A DNA stretch of 64,000 nt from Zancudomyces culisetae HAW-14-8 (taxonomy: Eukaryota > Fungi > Kickxellomycota). The number at the start of each line of letters is the position of its first letter. Positions within the stretch are counted from its first letter, which is position 1. Location of the stretch: positions 2,046,001-2,110,000 of the forward strand of contig JBNJNM010000006.1 of assembly GCA_052426225.1 (NCBI GenBank), written 5' to 3'. Below, in pieces: positions 50,713-58,497 of the stretch. The notes beneath the pieces are model-generated. The model worked only from the letters and a program-made list of their open reading frames with translations, was not told where the DNA came from and did no database searches. The translations under genes and the position numbers were made by a program.

Positions 50713-51423
50713 ATAATGTCATTTGTACTTCAAAGATACTGGATAGGTTGGTATGTACTTATATTTCAGAAATACGCAGTTCTCGGTTCGGTTTAATATT
50801 TCTATTAGCCGAATAAAAAGGTTACATATCGTGTATATCTCGATAAATTCGATATAAAATTCGATTAAAATATTTAATAGTTTTGACTATTGATAGTGTT
50901 TATTCTGTAATATATTGTAGATGTTATAAGTTATCTGATATATTTTTCAGCTAACGTGATGGCTGAGTTTGGTATAGCACTGATTATGTCAGATATACTC
51001 TGGTCTCGGATCACTTAACTAGTTCTGTTCGCAGTTAATTGAGTGTTTAATTTCTTTTATTATTGTGGTAATAATGATAAAGCACTAAGCAAAACTATAT
51101 CTATTATTAAGTACGTATATGTAAAGTATATTCGGTCAAGAAAGGCTAAAGTTGCTATTTTCTTTATCCGCTCTCCATATAATCGATGATCGTTCGAATA
51201 TTGAATCTTTACTATCCCGAGTCATTATATATTGATTTCGCCTTGCGCTCATTGGTAGTTATAACTACTAAGGAATCGCAATTGATTCGCTAGCAAAAAG
51301 AGTGTAGCCATTATACTACAATTCTAATGGTAGTTAGTATCTGATAGGTATAGATTGATACACTATGAAAAAGTCTAACCGTTAATATACAAAATAGTAC
51401 TAAAATTATCAATATAGTAAAAG

Positions 51424-51497
51424 TGATTTCTGCCGGACTCGAACCGGCGACCGTCTGTGTGTTAGACAGACGTGATAACCATCTACACCAAGAAATC
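51424..51497 (-). tRNA. tRNA-Val (anticodon AAC/IAC), intronless
   Basis: Acceptor GATTTCT/AGAAATC plus discriminator A, D-arm GTGTAGATGGTTATCAC, anticodon arm TCTGT-CTAACAC-ACAGA, T-arm GCCGG-TTCGAGT-CCGGC, followed by TTTT. Confidence 0.97.
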
Positions 51498-51506
51498 ACA
51501 TGTTTG

Positions 51507-51925
51507 TGTTAACTTTCGACCCTTTTCTGCTAGTAGTCGTAGTTATTCGTATTTAGTTGGTTTAAAATTTAATAGAAAAGTTAATTATCTACTTGTTTTG
51601 TTCGAAACTCTAACTAACTATTAAGACTTGCTTATTATTTTGGTTATTATTCTTTATTTTTTATTGCTAAAAAGTTGTTATCCTAAAAGTTATTCTTCCA
51701 AACTATAAATAAAATTTATATATAAACTATTTTTTTTCCATCTATTTTGTTATCTCAATTTTTTTGTGTTATCAATTTTTGTTTTGTAATTTCTTGGCTC
51801 ATTAAAAAAACCCAAATTGTTAGGGAAAAAAGAGTCCAATTTTTCCACTAATTTTAATATAGTAATTTATCAGAATTGACTTTGTCAATTCGTATTTTTT
51901 ATAATATATAATTAATTATGCAACA
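51507..51925 (-). repeat. 3' LTR of element 1
   Basis: Direct repeat of 56405-56823. Confidence 0.96.
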
Positions 51926-54900
51926 GAACCCCCATCCCAAATTGGACGTACAGGGTTTTTAAAACGCTGCAACTTCGATCTAAGCTGTGTAGTAACTTCA
52001 GGAACCATTCGATTACTATGGAAAAAACTTTTCAGTGAATCGCCATTCACAATGTCACGATTTCCATCCGAATCTGCGATCAGGTAAGCACCTAAATTTA
52101 GTTTTTTCAACACTCGGTATGGACCTTCCCATACCTCCTGAAACTTGTCGGTAACGTGTTCAATCAGTTTTAAGACCATTTCGTCAACTTTGAAATTTAC
52201 TAATCTTACTCTTCGGTCATATATTAACTTCATATTTTGCTTTGCTTTGACACTTTTTTGATAGCCTATGCTTCGTAGTTCGGGTATACTGGTGTTTATG
52301 GCTGCAATTCTTTCCTGGATGGCGAGATCTAAATCGCTGATTTCGGCCGGCGGAGACCATAACGCAGGCGTACTTAACTTTACTCCGTATAGTAGTTCGG
52401 CCGGGCTCATGCCTGTGCTTCTGTTTCTCATTGTCCTGATAACCAGTAGCGACTTCCATAAGTAAGAGTCCCAATTGTTTTTGTCTGCTTTGCATTGTCT
52501 TGCTAACGTATTTTTTAGGGTTTGGTTCAGGCGCTCGACCTGACCATTTGACTGCGGGCGATACGGTGTGGATGGTGTATGTTTAATTCCGAGGTACTTA
52601 TAAACTGTGTCTGCTGCTTCGCTGATAAAACCCGAGCCTCTATCAGTGATTATTTGATCGGGGGTACCGTAGTACTGAACTATGTGAGTTATTATAAAGT
52701 TAATTATAGTATCCGATTTTATATTTTCTACGGCCTCAGCTACAGGCCAGCGCGTAAAATAGTCAATGCCCGTGAGAATGTAACGGTTTCCTTGAGCAGA
52801 TACTGGACTAATAGGGCCAACTGCATCTAGTCCAAAGATGCCAAAAGGTTTGTGGACGTATATCGGCTGAAGCTCGTTGTTCCTATTGCGATTTCCAATA
52901 TATCTCTGACATACTAGACATTCTTTTACTACTTTTTTAACAGTTTTAAATAAATCGTTTCCTGTATACTTCTCTGCGATTCTCCTCCACGTATTCTCGA
53001 TTCCTTGATGAGACTCGTCATGAATCTCTTTAACCTTTTCAGTTATGTTATTTCTTAATAAAACTTCCTTCCAAACTTCCTTACATAATTTGAATAATTT
53101 GTTGTTGATAAGCTTGAATTTTTTAGATAAATAATTAATCTTTTTCTTTGACACTTCGTCGCTTTGCTCTGGGTACCTATTATTTAGTAAATATTCTAAA
53201 ATAGTTTCGTTAGATATTTTTGTTACAGAAAATACATCTATAACTTCCTCAACCGATGTAGTAGGTTCTAATCTTGATAGGGCATCAGCGGGGTTTGACT
53301 TTCCTTTGCAATGGACAATTGTATAGTCATAATTTCGAAGAATCATAGCCCACCTGGCTACTCTTCCGGCTATATCTTTTCCATTGAACAAATTCAGTAA
53401 AGCTTTATGGTCCGTACGTATAGTGAAATGGCGTCCCCACAGGTAATGTTTGAATTTTTTTACGCCCCAAATTACAGCTAAACCCTCGAGATGGGTAATA
53501 GAGTAATTTCTCTCATGCTTGTTTGTGGTTTTACTAGCAAAACAAATAGGTCTCTCGCCAAGTTCCGAAGATTGTGAAAGTATAGCACCAACGCCTTCAA
53601 TTGAAGCGTCAGTGGTAAGTATAAACTCTGAATCCCAATTTGGATGAGCTAATGTGGGTGCGGTACAAAGGCTTTGTTTTAATAAATTAACTGCATTTTC
53701 TTGTTCAATAGACCATTTCCAAGTGTTTTCTTTCCTAAGTAGTTTGACTAAAGGCGCGGAAATCAATGCATAACGGTCCACGAATTTGCGATAATACCCG
53801 ACTAGACCGAGAAAAGATTGTAGTTCCTTGACGTTATTAGGTACCTTTGCTTCTGTAATTGCTTTTATTTTATCATTTGTAGTACCAATTCCCTCAGAAG
53901 ACACGGTATGTCCCAAGTAACACAATTTATTCATTCCTAATAAACACTTATCACTATGCAGTTGAATTTTATGTTGTCTAAGTAGCTCAAATACCTTTTT
54001 TAAATCCTCCACATGCTGCTCAACTGACTGAGAGTAAATAATAATGTCGTCAATAAAAACGACTGCGATCTTCCAAAGTACTGGCGAAAGGGCTTTCTCC
54101 ATAAGTCGTTGAAAAGAGGCCGGGCTGTTTGTCAGCCCAAACGGCATGACATTGTAGCAGTAGCTACCGCCTCCAGGGATTGCAAACGCGGTTTTTAATC
54201 TGTCTTTGGCTGCCATTCTTATTTGCCAAAACCCAGATAGCGCGTCTAAGCTGGTAAATATTTTGCTTCCGGCAAGCGACATAAATATATCATCTATAGT
54301 AGGTAACGGATAACAATCCTTTTTGGTTACCTGGTTCAGCTTCCTATAATCTGCACATATCCTTAACCTGCCATTCTTTTTATAAACTGTTACGACTGGC
54401 GAACACCACTCTGAATAACACGGTGAAATTATTCCTTTATTCTCCATTTCAATTAACTCATTTCTAACCTTTTCTTGCATATGATAGGGAATTCTGTATG
54501 GGCGCTGCTTGATCGGTGTATGATCTGTTAGTTCAATACTATGCTCTGTGAGATTAGTTTGGGTAAGCTCCCCTATGTCTTCAACAAAGATATCAGCATA
54601 TTGCTCTCGTAGTTTGATAAACCTTTCATTCTCGATTTGCTTGTTATCACTTTCAACACCATTTTCACTCTTCACCATAAAATATAGCTCAGTTTCTTGT
54701 GGCCAGTAAGTCGTATCTTCTGCAAGTATTTTCATTGGTATAACTAATATTTCTGAATGTGTGTGTATCTTTAGTTCTCTGCTTCTTGGATCTATAATCC
54801 CGTGGTGCCTATACAACCAATCTGTGCCGAGAATTAAAGTACTTCCTTTGCGATTCATAACTATGAGCTCTGCTTCTAGTAAGTGATTTCCTATAGTTAT

Positions 54901-56334
54901 AGGTACTTTGTTCATAACACCTTCAGTGAGATGTTTTGTTCCATCAGCTGTTACCAACACTTGTCTGTGCCAACCCTCTGGTTCTATGCCCCACTGCTCA
55001 ACCATGCTTGGTGTAGTTACAGAACAAGCGGCTCCAGAGTCAACAACAGCCCAATAGTTTTTGTTGAATACCGTGACCATGACCCGGCAGTTGCTGATTT
55101 TTTGTGGTAATATCCTGATTTCATTTACTTCTTGTTTTTTTATTTTTTTAGAAAGACTATTAAACTCTGTTGCTATGGTAGGAGAAACGGCTATTAACTG
55201 AGGTAGACTAATCTTTGGATAAAACTGGTTAAATTCAGATTGTAGATTGAATGGCTCGACGTTTTCGATAATGCGCTGGATGGTTTTCTGTTTTTTATTC
55301 ACTATAGTGACTTCAGGTGTAACTTCCATATCCATGTCCACAACATTATCTGTTATAGTTGCCTCAGGTTTTATAATAACAGGTTTCATCTTTCTAACTG
55401 GTTTATTATCACTTATATATGGCTTACTGATATTTGATTTAGCTTTTTGCCTTTGCACTAAGTAAACATCATTATCTGGCGTGTCATCAGTGTCAATATC
55501 CGTGTCATCGACTGGTAGTAACTCAATAGTGCTGATTTCTTTTTTACTTTGTACCTCATCTGTTTTGGTAGTTCCAATCTTTGTACACTGACTCTTGTAG
55601 TGTCCTGTTGTTCTACAGATAGAACAGTACGGTGGCCTTTGATAACGCTGTTGCATACTTTTACTTATAGCAATGTCAATTTTCTTTTCAACAACCTCTT
55701 CGACTTTTGAAAGTAAGTTTATACTCCATTCTTCCATCTTGGATATCATCTCATCATAACCAATCTTTTGATCAGTCATTTCTTTTATTGGTTTGCCAGG
55801 TCCGGTTAGTCTGTAAGATTTTGATGTAGATGAATTTGTCTCTGCGATGTCTGTAGAATTGTAACTAGGGGTATCTATATCCAGATTTATGGCATTTATG
55901 ATAGTATCCCACTCTTGATAATTTGATTCTAGGACTCTTGCTTTATATTTTGGACTCAATGCACTGATTAACCAATTGACCTTATGTTTGTCATCTGTTA
56001 TACCAGATTTTTGTAGAGCTATTTCTAAAGCATACTCAAATTCGTCAACAGAATTGTAACCTGACTGACAAATGCTTTTTAGTGTCTCGATTGACTGATG
56101 AGCTTTGATTTTATTTATGAACTTTTTATTGAATGAAGAAACGACAGAATTCCAATCGGTGAATGTACTCTTTTGCCTAATATACCAAATCTTTTCACGG
56201 TTACCTAGATGTGCAGGTAAATATTTTATTAGATCTTCGTCAGACCAATTTCTGAGTCTGGCACTCAAACTGTACGAATCAATCCAATCTTCTGGGTTGT
56301 CAATTTCTGAGTTAAACTTTTCAACTAGTGTCAT
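51916..56334 (-). CDS. Single-ORF Gag-Pol polyprotein of element 1 (stop codon lies inside the 3' LTR)
   Basis: Zinc knuckle CSICRTTGHYKSQC, protease VDSGA, RT MPFGL/FIDD, RNase H TDAS, integrase HHCC and D,D-35-E core, GPY motif; no chromodomain. Confidence 0.96.
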   Translation of the reverse strand: MTLVEKFNSEIDNPEDWIDSYSLSARLRNWSDEDLIKYLPAHLGNREKIWYIRQKSTFTDWNSVVSSFNKKFINKIKAHQSIETLKSICQSGYNSVDEFEYALEIALQKSGITDDKHKVNWLISALSPKYKARVLESNYQEWDTIINAINLDIDTPSYNSTDIAETNSSTSKSYRLTGPGKPIKEMTDQKIGYDEMISKMEEWSINLLSKVEEVVEKKIDIAISKSMQQRYQRPPYCSICRTTGHYKSQCTKIGTTKTDEVQSKKEISTIELLPVDDTDIDTDDTPDNDVYLVQRQKAKSNISKPYISDNKPVRKMKPVIIKPEATITDNVVDMDMEVTPEVTIVNKKQKTIQRIIENVEPFNLQSEFNQFYPKISLPQLIAVSPTIATEFNSLSKKIKKQEVNEIRILPQKISNCRVMVTVFNKNYWAVVDSGAACSVTTPSMVEQWGIEPEGWHRQVLVTADGTKHLTEGVMNKVPITIGNHLLEAELIVMNRKGSTLILGTDWLYRHHGIIDPRSRELKIHTHSEILVIPMKILAEDTTYWPQETELYFMVKSENGVESDNKQIENERFIKLREQYADIFVEDIGELTQTNLTEHSIELTDHTPIKQRPYRIPYHMQEKVRNELIEMENKGIISPCYSEWCSPVVTVYKKNGRLRICADYRKLNQVTKKDCYPLPTIDDIFMSLAGSKIFTSLDALSGFWQIRMAAKDRLKTAFAIPGGGSYCYNVMPFGLTNSPASFQRLMEKALSPVLWKIAVVFIDDIIIYSQSVEQHVEDLKKVFELLRQHKIQLHSDKCLLGMNKLCYLGHTVSSEGIGTTNDKIKAITEAKVPNNVKELQSFLGLVGYYRKFVDRYALISAPLVKLLRKENTWKWSIEQENAVNLLKQSLCTAPTLAHPNWDSEFILTTDASIEGVGAILSQSSELGERPICFASKTTNKHERNYSITHLEGLAVIWGVKKFKHYLWGRHFTIRTDHKALLNLFNGKDIAGRVARWAMILRNYDYTIVHCKGKSNPADALSRLEPTTSVEEVIDVFSVTKISNETILEYLLNNRYPEQSDEVSKKKINYLSKKFKLINNKLFKLCKEVWKEVLLRNNITEKVKEIHDESHQGIENTWRRIAEKYTGNDLFKTVKKVVKECLVCQRYIGNRNRNNELQPIYVHKPFGIFGLDAVGPISPVSAQGNRYILTGIDYFTRWPVAEAVENIKSDTIINFIITHIVQYYGTPDQIITDRGSGFISEAADTVYKYLGIKHTPSTPYRPQSNGQVERLNQTLKNTLARQCKADKNNWDSYLWKSLLVIRTMRNRSTGMSPAELLYGVKLSTPALWSPPAEISDLDLAIQERIAAINTSIPELRSIGYQKSVKAKQNMKLIYDRRVRLVNFKVDEMVLKLIEHVTDKFQEVWEGPYRVLKKLNLGAYLIADSDGNRDIVNGDSLKSFFHSNRMVPEVTTQLRSKLQRFKNPVRPIWDGGSVA
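51929..51938 (-). other. Polypurine tract of element 1 (GGGATGGGGG)
   Basis: Purine run 3 nt before the 3' LTR on the minus strand. Confidence 0.8.
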
Positions 56335-56385
56335 GTTTGATTTAAAGGTGTTTATTTAATATTTTAGCTATAAAACGGACTCCAA

Positions 56386-56403
56386 GTCCTGGCTGGATCA
56401 CCA
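56386..56403 (-). other. Primer-binding site of element 1 (TGGTGATCCAGCCAGGAC), complementary to a tRNA 3' end, likely tRNA-Arg(ACG)
   Basis: Starts 1 nt after the 5' LTR with TGG. Its complement GTCCTGGCTGGATCA-CCA resembles the T-stem/acceptor end of eukaryotic tRNA-Arg(ACG); the tRNA identity is inferred. Confidence 0.8.
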
Positions 56404-56404
56404 C

Positions 56405-56823
56405 TGTTAACTTTCGACCCTTTTCTGCTAGTAGTCGTAGTTATTCGTATTTAGTTGGTTTAAAATTTAATAGAAAAGTTAATTATCTACTTGTTTTGTT
56501 CGAAACTCTAACTAACTATTAAGACTTGCTTATTATTTTGGTTATTATTCTTTATTTTTTATTGCTAAAAAGTTGTTATCCTAAAAGTTATTCTTCCAAA
56601 CTATAAATAAAATTTATATATAAACTATTTTTTTTCCATCTATTTTGTTATCTCAATTTTTTTGTGTTATCAATTTTTGTTTTGTAATTTCTTGGCTCAT
56701 TAAAAAAACCCAAATTGTTAGGGAAAAAAGAGTCCAATTTTTCCACTAATTTTAATATAGTAATTTATCAGAATTGACTTTGTCAATTCGTATTTTTTAT
56801 AATATATAATTAATTATGCAACA
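56405..56823 (-). repeat. 5' LTR of element 1
   Basis: Direct repeat of 51507-51925, adjacent to the PBS. Confidence 0.96.
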
Positions 56824-57328
56824 TTTGTTGTATGAAACCTACAACTTAATAATTCATGCTAAATCTACACATTAATATACATTGTTTAAGAACGTTTTTT
56901 ATAATTTTGGTTGTTTATGTTACTTACATTCTTATCGTTGTTCGAGAGTCAAAACGTTTTTCCCACTGGGTTTTTTCATCGTATGACTCTATATATTTAC
57001 AATTTCTCATTTTATATTAGTAGTATAATTTTATATGCTTATATTTATTTACCTTAACTTTAGTTTCTTTTATATAGCACACAAGAGAACCTCTTGTGGA
57101 AAAACTTGTCTGTTCTTGAAATAAAATCGCTTTATTAAAATACATATAGTATATACTTAAAAATTAGGCGAACTGGAAATTTATATTAAAAGTTTAAACG
57201 TCGATGAAAAATCTCTTGATAAAATATTAAATAATAAAACTACAGAATTCATACGACATGTTTGTGTGGTGGAATATACTTCTACCAACGTTTACTAAAT
57301 TTGTTATGATAATTATTTAATATATTTG

Positions 57329-57596
57329 TGTCAGAATGACATATCTCCACACTTTCCCCACATAAATAAGATTATATTTGTCTCACAATATTATGGAGTT
57401 AATTTCAGACACATAGTATTGGTTATAAATAACCACATATAAATTATATAAGATACTACACCATTAATTGTTATAGTAAATTTCATATATAACCCTAGCT
57501 AAAAGATTTTATCGCAACTCAGCGATAAAATCATATTTCATAGTCCATAGTAATTTAAGCTTATAATAATAAAGTTACCTTAATATATTCTTGACA
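57329..57596 (+). repeat. 5' LTR of element 2 (TATATAA at 57486-57492)
   Basis: Direct repeat of 63105-63372. Confidence 0.96.
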
Positions 57597-57598
57597 GT

Positions 57599-57609
57599 AT
57601 TTTATCGCT
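57599..57609 (+). other. Self-priming PBS (ATTTTATCGCT), complementary to LTR 57521-57531
   Basis: No TGG tRNA-type PBS. Perfect 11-nt complement of AGCGATAAAAT inside the LTR. Confidence 0.8.
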
Positions 57610-57654
57610 TGTAATTAACTTAACTTTATTAAAATCAAGAACAGTTACATCACC

Positions 57655-58497
57655 ATGCCAAACAGCGACATCTCTGATGCAATGGAAGAACAACTTCCAA
57701 TAATTGACAACCAAGATATTAATGTGATAACCGAGGAACTTAATAAGCTAAGATTAGAAAATGCAAGTTTGAAACAAAACCTAACTATTACACCTACTAA
57801 GATTGCTCTACCAGAAAAATTTAATGGAAATAGAACAGAGTACCGCGGATTTATCAATCAGTGCCAATTACTATTTTTAATGAACCCACAACAGTATTCA
57901 ACTGATATATCAAAAGTCGGGCTTATTATTTCGCTTCTCACAAATGATGCACTGAATTGGGCATCACCAATAGTAGAGAAAAATAACCAATTATTATTGA
58001 ATTATTCTCTATTTATTACTGAAATGGCGAAAATGTTTGACGACCCCCAAAGATATAAGACAGCAGATATTGCAATTAGGAAACTGAAACAAGGTACCAA
58101 TTCAGTAGCAACATATGCTTCAAATTTCAGAAGAATAGCTATGGACCTATCTTGGAATGATCCCCCATTAATTTCCCAGTTCGAAGCAGGCCTTAATGAA
58201 GAAGTTATAGATGCTTTAACTCAATTAGGACATATTAATACATTAGAATTATTCATTGAAGCAGCAATTAAAGCAGATATCAATATCATCATGAGAAAAG
58301 AGAAAAGAGATAATAGAAATAAAAACAACTATTATCCAACAATAACTCAACATAAAAAGGTAGTACAACCGGAAGAAAGAGATAGGAGACTAAAACTTGG
58401 ATTATGCTTCTATTGTGGAAGTCAGGGCCATTTGGCACAACATTGTCCGGAAAAGATAAAGAAGGCAAGACAATCAAACCAACAGTTTCAGACCTAG
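57655..58497 (+). CDS. Gag of element 2
   Basis: PEKFNG..RGFINQC, LKQGT.SVATYASNF and zinc knuckle CFYCGSQGHLAQHC. Confidence 0.93.
   Translation: MPNSDISDAMEEQLPIIDNQDINVITEELNKLRLENASLKQNLTITPTKIALPEKFNGNRTEYRGFINQCQLLFLMNPQQYSTDISKVGLIISLLTNDALNWASPIVEKNNQLLLNYSLFITEMAKMFDDPQRYKTADIAIRKLKQGTNSVATYASNFRRIAMDLSWNDPPLISQFEAGLNEEVIDALTQLGHINTLELFIEAAIKADINIIMRKEKRDNRNKNNYYPTITQHKKVVQPEERDRRLKLGLCFYCGSQGHLAQHCPEKIKKARQSNQQFQT

Larger units (their letters stand above)
51507..56823 (-). mobile_element. Full-length Ty3/gypsy LTR retrotransposon (element 1), non-chromovirus, 4-bp TSD TTTG
   Basis: 419-bp LTRs at 51507-51925 and 56405-56823 (TGTT...AACA, identical by eye); TTTG at 51503-51506 and 56824-56827; PBS, PPT and intact gag-pol in PR-RT-RH-IN order. 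Confidence 0.97.

Noticed and set aside
51311-51499. 62-aa ORF on the minus strand
   Set aside because: It overlaps the tRNA-Val gene and is a spurious translation.
56826-56837. TGTTGTATGAAA resembles the 5' end of U6atac snRNA
   Set aside because: Similarity stops after 12 nt with no AAGGAGAG box, and the sequence is explained as the tRNA upstream flank on the other strand.
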